A stretch of DNA of 32,000 bases from positions 600,001-632,000 of the forward strand of contig NC_008818.1 in the NCBI RefSeq assembly GCF_000015145.1, written 5' to 3'. The position numbers were made by a program, and so were the translations under genes. The DNA comes from Hyperthermus butylicus DSM 5456. Lineage in GTDB: Archaea > Thermoproteota > Thermoprotei_A > Sulfolobales > Pyrodictiaceae. This document shows, piece by piece, positions 1-9,784 of the stretch (positions within the stretch are counted from its first letter, which is position 1; every line of letters starts with the position of its first letter). The notes beneath the pieces were generated by a model. That model searched no databases, was not told the DNA's origin, and worked only from the letters and a program-made list of their open reading frames with translations.

Positions 1-426
1 TCCGGCCCACTGGCGTTTATCGCCACCGCCCTCGAGCCATAGGAGTTTTACGCTTCTCTCTCCTGTATCGTAGGCGTGTACATGGCTATACTTGTTTGTG
101 AAGCTTATTACCGACCTGCCATCGGCGGTGTGGAGTACGTCGGTTGGTGCGTGAACCCAGCCCCCGAAGTATATGGTGCCATCCACTGCCACGGAGGCGT
201 TGTAGGTGTCGCCGCCGGAGCGTGGCGGCTTGCCAATGTGCTCGAAACGGTATATTCTTGTCTCGCAGTCGTCGTGGTGGAAGAATGCTATAGCTTCAAA
301 CGCTAGGGTGTAGTAGAGGGTGCCTCGGTGGTATAGTAGGCCGTAGACCCCACCGCCTCCCCATTCTGGGGAGAGGCTATTGGATGGCAGCTCGAGCTTC
401 GAGAGGATGCAGTCGAGCCCGGCCAC
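1..426 (-). CDS. DUF2139-like archaeal protein (N-terminal part; continues beyond window start)
   Basis: Open minus-strand frame missing from the supplied ORF track because it has no stop in the window. Translation from GTG 426: VAGLDCILSKLELPSNSLSPEWGGGGVYGLLYHRGTLYYTLAFEAIAFFHHDD...KPPRSGGDTYNASVAVDGTIYFGGWVHAP... AGGAGG lies just upstream. The motifs resemble DUF2139 as I recall it. Confidence 0.6.
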   Translation of the reverse strand, partial: MAGLDCILSKLELPSNSLSPEWGGGGVYGLLYHRGTLYYTLAFEAIAFFHHDDCETRIYRFEHIGKPPRSGGDTYNASVAVDGTIYFGGWVHAPTDVLHTADGRSVISFTNKYSHVHAYDTGERSVKLLWLEGGGDKRQWAG

Positions 427-439
427 ACATTCCACCCTC

Positions 440-1630
440 CTAGCCTAGGACTAGGCCCTCCGGTATGAGGCGGCCCTCCCTAAACCTGTCCGGGTTGTAG
501 GGCTTCATGTGTGGATGCTCCTTGTCTTCGGCGATGAGTTTTGCGAGAAGCTCGCCGGCATAGGGTGCCATCATTAGGCCGTGACCGCTGTAGCCCGTGT
601 CAACGTAGAGGCCCTCCGGCCACTCAGAGCCCCTGCCAAGCACGTGGCTGTGGTCGGGGGTTACGTTATAGGTGCCGCTCCAAGCCCGGAGGATGCGGAG
701 GCACGAACCACCCTTCAGAAGCCTCGCTAGCAGCCGAGCAGTGGCTCGGAGCCATTCGAGGGATACACCGCCAAAGTCTAGCGTCTTCGGATCCCTGGTC
801 TTCCCGGTTGCTATTACCTCGCCCTTCAGCGTCTGCCCAATGTATGAGCCCTCCTCGAATACTATCACTAGGGGGCCTATGGTGTAGCGGTAGGGCTCCG
901 TCACCAGGAGGCTTTTACGGACAGGATCCAGGGGGAGATCAACGCCAGCTGTCTGGAGGAGACGGCGGCTCCAAGACCCAGCAGCAACAACCACTGTTCC
1001 AGCCCGGATGCTCCCGAAGCCCTCTACATGGACCCCAGCGACTCTGCTGCCGTTAACGAGTATCCGCTCAACCCTAGCACCCTCAACAATGGCTACGCCG
1101 TGTCTTGCAGCATAGGAGGCAAGAGCCATGGACATGTAGTCGTGGTGTAAGCTCCCATTCTGGGGACCAAAGACTCCAGCCACGAAGCCTTCAAGGTTTA
1201 TGTAGGGGTGCCGCTCAGCAACCTCCCCAATTTCGAGAAACCTTACTGGCACGCCGAGAGGCTCCCATATCTCCCTATTGACTTTACGGAGCTTCTCCAA
1301 GCTATCCTCACGTTGTACGAGCCAGAGGTAGCCCCGCCGAGCTATAACAGGGTTTACACCCGTTACCCTGGGTATTTCGAGTATCCTCCTGGCGGACTCC
1401 CTGGCGAATACAGTGTTCTCCCGGGAGAAGAAGTGTACACGGAACCTCCCAGCGTTTCTTGTCGTGGAGCCATAGAAAATGCTGTGCTGCTCGAGAACCA
1501 CAACCCTGCCAGGATACCCTATTCTTGCAAGGTAGTAGGCTAGGGCTAAGCCTGCAACGCCACCCCCAATAATAGCTATATCTGCCTCCCGTGGTGGCCT
1601 CTCCGTCACTATGCGCTGGGGGAGCGGCAC
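440..1630 (-). CDS. FAD-dependent oxidoreductase of the DAO family (sarcosine oxidase / proline dehydrogenase beta-subunit-like)
   Basis: N-terminal dinucleotide-binding motif ADIAIIGGGVAGLALAYYLARIG. C-terminal RAWSGTYNVTPDHSHVLG...YVDTGYSGHGLMMAPYAGELLA is typical of DAO-fold oxidases/dehydrogenases. 396 aa. Confidence 0.88.
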   Translation of the reverse strand: MPLPQRIVTERPPREADIAIIGGGVAGLALAYYLARIGYPGRVVVLEQHSIFYGSTTRNAGRFRVHFFSRENTVFARESARRILEIPRVTGVNPVIARRGYLWLVQREDSLEKLRKVNREIWEPLGVPVRFLEIGEVAERHPYINLEGFVAGVFGPQNGSLHHDYMSMALASYAARHGVAIVEGARVERILVNGSRVAGVHVEGFGSIRAGTVVVAAGSWSRRLLQTAGVDLPLDPVRKSLLVTEPYRYTIGPLVIVFEEGSYIGQTLKGEVIATGKTRDPKTLDFGGVSLEWLRATARLLARLLKGGSCLRILRAWSGTYNVTPDHSHVLGRGSEWPEGLYVDTGYSGHGLMMAPYAGELLAKLIAEDKEHPHMKPYNPDRFREGRLIPEGLVLG

Positions 1631-1650
1631 AATAGTCCACCCATCTCGGG

Positions 1651-3312
1651 CTATGCGAGTAGTGATACCTGGGGCAGGGATAGTGGGGGCCTTGCGCGGA
1701 AAACACCGATACTGTTGACGGGTACCCGGTATAGGTGCGAGAGGATGAGTGCAGCCGTGACGGCGCTGAATCGCCCCTGCTCCAGCCCGGTGCCGAGCCC
1801 AGTAGCTCTCTTCAACAGCTCCATCCCATGGTAACCCCTCTCCCAGGCCTCAATGACGTCTCCAAGCACGATATCCTCGTCGAGATCCACAAATTGTAGT
1901 CCCTTGACGCTGCTTGACAGTAGGACCGGCGGCCTAGTAGCCACGTCGGTGCTGTCGGGGCTGCAGCCAGCGATGCGCGACACCCTCCTATAGGCTTGGT
2001 AGGCTGCTTTCACATCCTCCTCGCTTGCCCTGCCGAGCCTCCACGCGGCAATGGCTCCTGCAAGCTCGCCACCAGCCAGCGCAGCCTCTAGCTCATAGTC
2101 TCCAGCTGCGCTGCCTGCAGGGATGAGCCACGATCTATCTTCCAACCAGCCCGGCTCGGGCCGGACAGGTTCCGGCACGATGGTGCCAACGCTGCTGCAG
2201 TAGGTTGCACGGTACCCCGCGGCGTAGGCTGCAAGCGCATTAGGATACTCGGACACCGCTGAGGCTGCAGCTTCGACCCGCAGATGTCTACCATCAACTG
2301 GTACCTCATCTAGCCTGCCACGGCCCTGGAACACGACCTCCCCGGCCTCAACAACCTCGACACGCCCCGGCGCGTCCCGCACTAACTGCTCACGGCGGGC
2401 CACAACGTACACTTTCTCCACCTTCTCAGCGAGAGCCTCGGCAACCTCCATGGCCCACGGCCCAGCACCTATGACGGCTATGCTGCGCGGCCGGTAGCCA
2501 GCCTCAACGAGTTCTAACAGGTAGGAGGCAGAGACCACGCCGGGCAAATCATTGCCAATGGCGAGGGGTGGGGGAGCCTCGGACCCAGCAGCGTAGACTA
2601 CCGGGATGCCCCTCCTAGCGAGGAGAATTGAGTCGCTAGCTACAACAGCATGGCCCTCGTCGTAGAGGCCTATGTAGCTGGCGCCCGTGAGTATTTTCAC
2701 CCTCCCACTCCTCTCCACGGCCTTGACGAGCCTCCTAGCAGCCTCGCTAGCCTCACCGCCGAGTAGGCGGACAAACCCGCCGAGAACACTTGTGGCCTCG
2801 GCTAGAACCACCTTGACGCCATACTCGGCTGACTTGGCTGCCGCTGCTAGCCCGGCAACACCAGCCCCAATAACCAGCACGCGATCAGAGACATCTACTA
2901 TGCTGCGGCTAGCAGTGCTGCAGGGAGCCTCTACGCTGGGCAGGGGCTCGTAGCCAGCGAGTCTTCCAGCAGCAGCCACGACCACACTGTACATCTTCGC
3001 TCTCAGCTTTCCATGGAGGCCTGCGGGGGATAGTAGGCCCGGCGCAAAAGCCTCGATAAACCTGCTGGTTAGCGGCTGCGAGGGGTAAAGCTCCACCTCT
3101 CCATCGAACCCTATTGGACAGGAGGCGCAGACATAGACGTTAGCTGTGGCTACATAAGCCCTGTTACCCGGGCACCACGGCCTGGAGCAGTAGGGCCACC
3201 TTGGACGGCGATAGCGAAGGCTAAGCTCTAGCCCTACGAAACCGCCGTAACCCCTTAGAACCTCCAGATCCGGACGCTGGCCTCGGCCCACGGGGATACG
3301 GCGGGGCGGCAA
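1651..3312 (-). CDS. FAD/NAD-binding oxidoreductase, sarcosine oxidase / dye-linked L-proline dehydrogenase alpha-subunit-like
   Basis: Two Rossmann motifs (RVLVIGAGVAGLAAAAKSAEYG, SIAVIGAGPWAMEVAEALAEK). C-terminal FVDLDEDIVLGDVIEAWERGYHGMELLKRATGLGTGLEQGRFSA...RARPPLSLPQVSLLA matches the sarcosine oxidase alpha type. Closely upstream of the DAO-family gene on the same strand. Confidence 0.82.
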   Translation of the reverse strand: MPPRRIPVGRGQRPDLEVLRGYGGFVGLELSLRYRRPRWPYCSRPWCPGNRAYVATANVYVCASCPIGFDGEVELYPSQPLTSRFIEAFAPGLLSPAGLHGKLRAKMYSVVVAAAGRLAGYEPLPSVEAPCSTASRSIVDVSDRVLVIGAGVAGLAAAAKSAEYGVKVVLAEATSVLGGFVRLLGGEASEAARRLVKAVERSGRVKILTGASYIGLYDEGHAVVASDSILLARRGIPVVYAAGSEAPPPLAIGNDLPGVVSASYLLELVEAGYRPRSIAVIGAGPWAMEVAEALAEKVEKVYVVARREQLVRDAPGRVEVVEAGEVVFQGRGRLDEVPVDGRHLRVEAAASAVSEYPNALAAYAAGYRATYCSSVGTIVPEPVRPEPGWLEDRSWLIPAGSAAGDYELEAALAGGELAGAIAAWRLGRASEEDVKAAYQAYRRVSRIAGCSPDSTDVATRPPVLLSSSVKGLQFVDLDEDIVLGDVIEAWERGYHGMELLKRATGLGTGLEQGRFSAVTAALILSHLYRVPVNSIGVFRARPPLSLPQVSLLA

Positions 3313-3538
3313 GGATGAGCACTTCCAGCAGCCTGGGAGGGTGGTGAAGGAAAATAAGCTCTCCCACCAATCAGCACTATATGCGCTAGTCCCACAGGTT
3401 GCGCCCCCGCAGCCCAGACAATATTAGGGGTGGTTACAGCCAGCGGCTGGGTGAATCCTGCAAGAAAAGCGGCCACGCAGGTACCCCCAGGGGCCGATGC
3501 CTCTGTCAATACAGCCCAAGACCCTCGAGGCATGTAAG

Positions 3539-4087
3539 ATGGGGGGGTGGGGAGCCACGGTACAAATCCCGCTGGACTACGTGTGTGTCAAGAGCGGCGT
3601 GTTGTGTCCCCGCTGCCAGAGCCTTATCGACACGGGTGCTGTTGAAGAGCGAGAAGTAGACATTATGAAGGTGCTAATAGAGCTCGAGGAGAGTGAGGGT
3701 GTACAGCTACTAAAGAAGGCAACATACTACAAAACGTATTTCATAGACAACGACATGGTGATAATAGTAATGGATCTCGGCGTCGGCACCAGCGTCCCGA
3801 TATTCACCAGGTATGCCAGGCAGGTAGAGCAGAAGCTAAGAGAGAAGCTTGGCACCCGCGTAAAGATAATACCGAAGGCGAGCGATGTACGTGGCCTAGC
3901 AACACACCTCCTCTACCCTGCAAGGGTGCTAGGAGTAAACACACTATGGCTGCCAGATGGCAGCATAGAGTACGTCGTAAGGATACCCCGCCGCGACGAG
4001 GAAAGGCTCGGCAAGGCAAAGGAGCTCTATGAGCGTATACTAACAGAGCTTCTCGGGAAGAGAACGAGGATAAAGTCCGGCTACTAG
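3539..4087 (+). CDS. NusA-like KH-domain RNA-binding protein with N-terminal Cys motif (archaeal)
   Basis: Supplied ORF is 3497..4087; the more plausible start is ATG 3539. CVKSGVLCPRCQSLIDTGAVEEREVDIMKVLIELEE... followed by a KH-like ...REKLGTRVKIIPKASDVRGLATHLLYPARVLGVNTLWLPDG. Confidence 0.7.
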   Translation: MGGWGATVQIPLDYVCVKSGVLCPRCQSLIDTGAVEEREVDIMKVLIELEESEGVQLLKKATYYKTYFIDNDMVIIVMDLGVGTSVPIFTRYARQVEQKLREKLGTRVKIIPKASDVRGLATHLLYPARVLGVNTLWLPDGSIEYVVRIPRRDEERLGKAKELYERILTELLGKRTRIKSGY

Positions 4088-4206
4088 CTGTCGCAGCTTT
4101 TGGCATGGAAAACTCCAATATGGATTTTTGAAATCACTAAATAATCACTAAATATTAGACGTAAATTATAGGATATTCGTAAGCTCCTCCTCGATATTGA
4201 TTAGCT

Positions 4207-4578
4207 GTGCTCACTAGCTCTCCACAGAAGGGGCTAGATGTGAATATTTCATCAATTAAGCAAACATTATTGGTTATCCTCACGGTGGTGGCAATTTTAG
4301 CCGTAGCGGCTGTTGTAATACAAAAACATGGTAGCAATACAGCGGAACAACTCTGTACTGGAGCAACATGTGACGAAAACGTCTGTGATAAAGGTGTAAT
4401 AGTATCGATATCGTCTCCCGAAGAAGCTCTTAGGTGTCCCGGTGCAAAAATCCTGGTAATAAAACCTTTAGTTAAGGAGGTGGATGTTGTATCGGGGACA
4501 AGGTATGTGAAAGTACCGGTTAACATTACATATATTCCCACCTCATATGCATTCAGGGACTTTTACAAGCTCCCTTAA
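4207..4578 (+). CDS. Small membrane-anchored protein of unknown function
   Basis: 123 aa; strong hydrophobic segment TLLVILTVVAILAVAAVVIQ near the N-terminus, then an outside domain with four Cys (LCTGATCDENVCDKG...EALRCPG). A TTG or ATG start is possible. Confidence 0.55.
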   Translation: MLTSSPQKGLDVNISSIKQTLLVILTVVAILAVAAVVIQKHGSNTAEQLCTGATCDENVCDKGVIVSISSPEEALRCPGAKILVIKPLVKEVDVVSGTRYVKVPVNITYIPTSYAFRDFYKLP

Positions 4579-5764
4579 CAGTATAGTTGCATACATGCCC
4601 CTCTCGAGCCAGAATGATACGGCTGTGCGGTTGCTGCTGAGGACCTGCGCTTTCAGCTCGCGTGCTACCGTGTAGACTGGCCTCCAGTATGGCTTTAGCC
4701 GTGGCACATAGCTTGGCGGCTCTGCGAGCTCCCCTGGGCGTTAGGCCGGCAAGTTCGATGGCCTCCATTAGCAGCTTCCTGGCCTCGCCGTCTACGCCGA
4801 TTCTGTAGCCTATGCCTGGTACTAGTGCTAGGGGCCTCCCACTGTCCTCTTGCCGTTCGCCGCGGAGCTTCTCGCCTAGGTCATAGCCGTAGCGTGTTCG
4901 GAGCGAGAGGTAGAGGTTGAAGATGTATGCTTGTACAGCCCCGATGAAAACCTCCATTATGCTGCGTGGTATGCGGCGAATAGCCTCCAGGGGGTCCCCA
5001 GCCGACTCGGCCATCCACGCCTCATACATTCCCCGTGGGCAACCCCCATCCCTCCACATGGAGAGTCTGCACCGTGTGATGACGCTAGACTCGTCCGGGT
5101 ACGCGGCGGCTACAGCCTCGTAGAGTGCCGCGTCAACCTCGCCCCTCAACAATAGTATGCCGACTGTATGCGTGTTCGGGCGTCTCGTCCCAAACCTCTG
5201 ATAACCATAGTATGCTGGGAGCCTCCTACCCCGAAGCACATCCAGGGCCCCGAGAAGCCCCCCGGTATCACCGGTTTCGAGCACTATTGTGAACCTGTTA
5301 CCCCGGAGCCTTCCCGGCCGCGGACACGCCTCGAGGCGGCCGGCGAGACGAGCCCACAGATTGTCGAGGACGATGTAGCGTGGCGGCTCCTGGGGGCACG
5401 GCGTACATACAGCTTGCACAGTGGTAGCTTCAGTGTCCTTGAGCCCTAGAGCCTTCAGGAGGGATGCTTTGACGCCGAGGGCGCGGGCTAGGAGGCGCAG
5501 AGCCTCATGGGTAGATAGGCTCCTCTTGCCAACGATGTAGACGCAGAAGCGCCCAGTGCCTCCCAGCTCCAGGCCGTGATCCTCAACCACTATGAAGCTC
5601 CTCTCCCGGGGCGCCGCTATGCATGCCACAGGCTCGGAGTCAAGCACACGGTACCATATCCCGACGTGTAGATCAAGAATACTCGAGGCAGGATACACGG
5701 GACACCACCGCACTGGTACCCGGATGTTTCGATTAGACCCGGGATAGTTCATGTAGAGCTCCAT
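4553..5764 (-). CDS. truD: tRNA pseudouridine synthase D (TruD family)
   Basis: LPAYYGYQRFGTRRPNTHTVGILLLRGEVDAALYEA matches the TruD 'YfGxQRFG..R..TH..G' signature. 403 aa. Confidence 0.85.
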   Translation of the reverse strand: MELYMNYPGSNRNIRVPVRWCPVYPASSILDLHVGIWYRVLDSEPVACIAAPRERSFIVVEDHGLELGGTGRFCVYIVGKRSLSTHEALRLLARALGVKASLLKALGLKDTEATTVQAVCTPCPQEPPRYIVLDNLWARLAGRLEACPRPGRLRGNRFTIVLETGDTGGLLGALDVLRGRRLPAYYGYQRFGTRRPNTHTVGILLLRGEVDAALYEAVAAAYPDESSVITRCRLSMWRDGGCPRGMYEAWMAESAGDPLEAIRRIPRSIMEVFIGAVQAYIFNLYLSLRTRYGYDLGEKLRGERQEDSGRPLALVPGIGYRIGVDGEARKLLMEAIELAGLTPRGARRAAKLCATAKAILEASLHGSTRAESAGPQQQPHSRIILAREGHVCNYTVKGACKSP

Positions 5765-5932
5765 GCACGGTATGGATGCTACAGCCTACTTTTGGCCCAG
5801 AAGCTCTTGGTGAACCCTATATCCGCAACGGTCACCGCCAGATCTCCCATTACGTTCACATAGCTAGGAACATACACGCAGCCGCAGAGGTCATGGTAGG
5901 TCACCCGTATCGGGGGTATCCGCTGGCTTGGG

Positions 5933-6397
5933 CTACCAGAGTGTTGGTACTCCAAACTTTTCCGCCACATAGGCTAGGTCCTTGTCGCCGGTAAGTATGG
6001 GTATGTTGAGGCGGAGCGCTAGCGCTATCACTGTGGAGTCCACAATGCTTAGTCTCCTCTGTCTCAGCAGAGGGTTGCTGGAGTTCCGGAGGAACTGATC
6101 ACCCTTACTCTTAATTTCAGCTGCTTTCACCCAGTCGGCAAACTCTACTCTCTCCACCTTAAAGTATGATGTTAGGAATGTTACCACTTCGTCTACAGTT
6201 TTAAGGACTGGTATTCTGCCCCGGTGCCAGTGAACCAAGTACTCGTAAGCCACTGTTACAGGTATGATACCGACAACGCGTCTCTCCCTAACCTGTTCTA
6301 GGAGACTGGCAGCCGTACTGCTCAACTCACCGTAAGCCATTGCTAGCAATGTGTATGTATCGATAATCACCTTCTTGGCTTTCTCGCTTCTAGCCAT
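5933..6397 (-). CDS. vapC: PIN-domain ribonuclease toxin (VapC-like)
   Basis: KKVIIDTYTLLAMAYGE N-terminal Asp, ...LSIVDSTVIALALRLNIPILTGDKDLAYVAEKFG C-terminal acidic motifs; overlaps the upstream AbrB-type ORF. Confidence 0.8.
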   Translation of the reverse strand: MARSEKAKKVIIDTYTLLAMAYGELSSTAASLLEQVRERRVVGIIPVTVAYEYLVHWHRGRIPVLKTVDEVVTFLTSYFKVERVEFADWVKAAEIKSKGDQFLRNSSNPLLRQRRLSIVDSTVIALALRLNIPILTGDKDLAYVAEKFGVPTLW

Positions 6398-6612
6398 GCC
6401 TCTTCCTCCTCGTCAAGCTCCCTCTCGGCCTCCTCCGCAGAGCCCTTGCAGCAGCTCCAAACCCTTTCCCATAGATCAAGCGGCTTGAGTACTACCTCGC
6501 CATCCCTCACGCACACTTGCAGCAGTGTACCTTCCTCTATGTGCAACTGCTCTCTCACACTCTTCGGTAAAACAATAACACCCTTCCTGCCCACTCGTAC
6601 AGTTAAACACAA
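6367..6612 (-). CDS. vapB: SpoVT/AbrB-type antitoxin (VapB-like)
   Basis: TVRVGRKGVIVLPKSVREQLHIEEGTLLQVCVRDGEVVLKPL is a swapped-hairpin AbrB signature. 81 aa; overlaps vapC by 31 nt. Confidence 0.82.
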   Translation of the reverse strand: MCLTVRVGRKGVIVLPKSVREQLHIEEGTLLQVCVRDGEVVLKPLDLWERVWSCCKGSAEEAERELDEEEEAWLEARKPRR

Positions 6613-6839
6613 ATGTCACACCCATAGGTTAGACTCGTTATGCGTACAGACTAATATAGGAGACTCTGCTGAAAATCCGTCCAGGTATAGACTTCGGGCA
6701 TAATCACTGTAGACTTTCATGCCAATGTGAATCGGAATACCTAGGGTAGGATGCGTCGTATTGCCTACGTTACACTTGGGCGGTTTACGTGTAAACCCCT
6801 CGGGGGAGTAATGCCAATCCTAGTTTTTAGCATGTTTCA

Positions 6840-7760
6840 TCAGCGGCTCGGTATTGATTTTCCTGCTATGTATGTGCCACGTAGTGGTATAGGGTATCCA
6901 CAACGTGGACAGCGGCACCTACCATTGCTGCAGTCTAGGTTGTAGTACGTGACGCGGTACCCCTCCCTTCTTATGAGCAGCTTGCCGCACCTTGGGCACC
7001 GGGTAGACTCTAGCTCCGGGTCGCCCACGTTGCCAACGTATACGAACTCTATGCCGGCCCTCCTAGCCTTCTCCCTCCACTCTAGCAGCTTCCCTATGGG
7101 TGTTGGCGGCTTGTGCCAGCGGTGGGCTGGGTAGTACCGGTTGATGTGGAGTGGTACCTGGTGGCCAAGGTTTGATATGTGCTGGTCTATTATCCACTCA
7201 AAGCATTCTGGGTCGTCGTTTGCCCCTGTCACCACTAGGTGGACCATTTCTACGTGGCCGCCGAGGTCTATTATCCTCCTCGCATTCCGGAACACCACGC
7301 TATGGTCTATCGCGGGGAGTATCCCCTTCCCCTTCATCCCCGGGCAGCCCTTGATGTCTATGCTCCACCCGTCAACCCCCGCCTCGGAGACCAGCACGTC
7401 TACAGCCTTCAGGGTGAAGTATGCGTTGGTGACAATTGTCGCGTAGAGGCCGTAGCGGCGGCCCAGGCTGAACACCTCGACGAGATAGTCGAAGAGCGTA
7501 GCTGGCTCATTGAAGCTCGCGCATAGACCCTCATCGCCGGCTCGCAGGGCCTCCCTCACGAGCACCTCGGGCTCCACGACCGGGTCGTCGGGGCGTGGGT
7601 GGCGGAAGCTGAGGGGATAGTTCTGGCACCATGGGCAGTAGAAGTTGCAGCCCCACCCAGAGAACGTTAGCGCCGTACTGTTCGGCCAGTAGTGGAACAA
7701 CGGCTTGATCTCGATGGGCCTGCTCTCGGCGGCGCTAAGTCTCCCATACCCCACGTGCAC
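6840..7760 (-). CDS. Radical SAM protein (pyruvate-formate-lyase-activating / AmmeMemoRadiSam-related family)
   Basis: CNFYCPWCQNYPLS (CxxxCxxC with the usual WCQN), NEPATLFDYLVEV, later CPRCGKLL and CRCPRCGYPI. The open frame continues upstream of 7760 to about 7949 and encodes a further Cys cluster (GFARCLVCERRCPIAPGARGACGNYLNEGG). Confidence 0.85.
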   Translation of the reverse strand: MHVGYGRLSAAESRPIEIKPLFHYWPNSTALTFSGWGCNFYCPWCQNYPLSFRHPRPDDPVVEPEVLVREALRAGDEGLCASFNEPATLFDYLVEVFSLGRRYGLYATIVTNAYFTLKAVDVLVSEAGVDGWSIDIKGCPGMKGKGILPAIDHSVVFRNARRIIDLGGHVEMVHLVVTGANDDPECFEWIIDQHISNLGHQVPLHINRYYPAHRWHKPPTPIGKLLEWREKARRAGIEFVYVGNVGDPELESTRCPRCGKLLIRREGYRVTYYNLDCSNGRCRCPRCGYPIPLRGTYIAGKSIPSR

Positions 7761-7980
7761 TAGTACGCCTCCCTCGTTGAGGTAGTTGCCGCAAGCGCCA
7801 CGGGCACCAGGCGCTATGGGGCACCGGCGCTCGCAAACCAGGCACCTGGCAAACCCCGGCCTATCCCGTAGGGGCTCCCAGAGCCGAGCCCTACGGGCAC
7901 CCTTCCAGCTGATAGAGTTGCTGGGCTGCTTGGCGGGGAAACCTATAGCCTAGCCACCCCCCGGAATACATCATACATGG

Positions 7981-8721
7981 ATGTGGGGTTCCTTGAGGCT
8001 ATCCCGCCTGGGTCTCCTTGCGGTCCTGCTGGCAGCATATCTTGCCTCCATGTATTATATCGGGGTGCTCGTGGGTAGCGGCTACTCCGTGGATGTTGTG
8101 GAAAAGCCCCTGCCTCAGCCGGAAAAGCTGTCGTTCGATGACTACGCCTTCTCCATGTTCCATGTCTCGATGAGGATTTGGGGGCTCGCCTATGAAAAGG
8201 TCTACGTTGACGCTACAGCGGAGCCGCTAATACTACACGGCTACCACTTTACCGAAGGGCTGGTCTGCGAGAGGGTGCAAGGAGCAGAGGACATCTATGA
8301 GTGTCGCGGCAGTGGCTACATATACAAGCCCGTCGGCTTCGTGGAGGAATATGTCTCTGGCGGCGGGGAGACCATCAACTACTACTCTGGCTGGATTATC
8401 GTGCTGCTCTACAGTATCCACCAGGCCGTATTTGCTGCGGCAGTACTTGCACCGGTTGCAGCCGGACTATACTCCTATGGTCTGGCAAGACTGGGGCTAC
8501 GGGGCAAGGCCTACCTAGCGGTCTCGGCGGCGGGCATCGCGGCGCTGGTCGCCGGCGGCCTAGAGGGCCTAGCGATGATTCCTAGTCATGTGCCCGGCCT
8601 TTACCCGCCACTAGCAGTCTCCACGGCATCTGCAGTCGTGGCAGCATTTGCGGCTCAGGTGCTGGCCTACAGGTGGACGTTGCGCAGGAGTTCGGGTAGG
8701 TCTACATCGCAAACGAGCTAG
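7981..8721 (+). CDS. Integral membrane protein, function unknown
   Basis: 246 aa with N-terminal TM (LGLLAVLLAAYLASMYYIGVLVG) and three C-terminal TM-like segments separated by a soluble domain. Confidence 0.6.
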   Translation: MWGSLRLSRLGLLAVLLAAYLASMYYIGVLVGSGYSVDVVEKPLPQPEKLSFDDYAFSMFHVSMRIWGLAYEKVYVDATAEPLILHGYHFTEGLVCERVQGAEDIYECRGSGYIYKPVGFVEEYVSGGGETINYYSGWIIVLLYSIHQAVFAAAVLAPVAAGLYSYGLARLGLRGKAYLAVSAAGIAALVAGGLEGLAMIPSHVPGLYPPLAVSTASAVVAAFAAQVLAYRWTLRRSSGRSTSQTS

Positions 8722-8925
8722 TAACCTGGGTAGGGGGCTGGTGTGGCTCGGCGGATGCTCTCCAGGGTGGAGCCCGCAGCTGTCGTGGATGCTTTCCGGG
8801 GCCCAGCAAGCTAGATGCATGCTCGCCAAATAGCTAGGCGAAACAATATCTACCCGTATTGGCTGTTTATTCAGAGAGGCTTGGCTGCGAGTGGAGTTAT
8901 AGCCTATGCTCATGCAATACCTTGA

Positions 8926-9666
<741 letters not shown>

Positions 9667-9784
9667 CAATCCCGCTGCTCAGAGGCACTATACGCGGAAA
9701 GGAGGGCCACTGGAGAGGCCATGGTCTACACAAATCACGCCCCCTTCCCGGCACGCGTCTAGGCTGTTACCTCTCCGCTTTCGT

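Noticed and set aside
541-1056. 171 aa plus-strand ORF and similar ORFs at 672..887 and 1208..1543
   Set aside because: Antisense to the well-supported DAO-family gene; low-complexity, Arg/Ser/Pro-rich translations typical of GC-rich shadow frames.
6782-6797. Palindrome GGTTTAC-GT-GTAAACC between the radical SAM and vapB genes
   Set aside because: 7-bp arms only, no poly-T and no clear promoter nearby; may be chance or a weak hairpin. Kept out of features.
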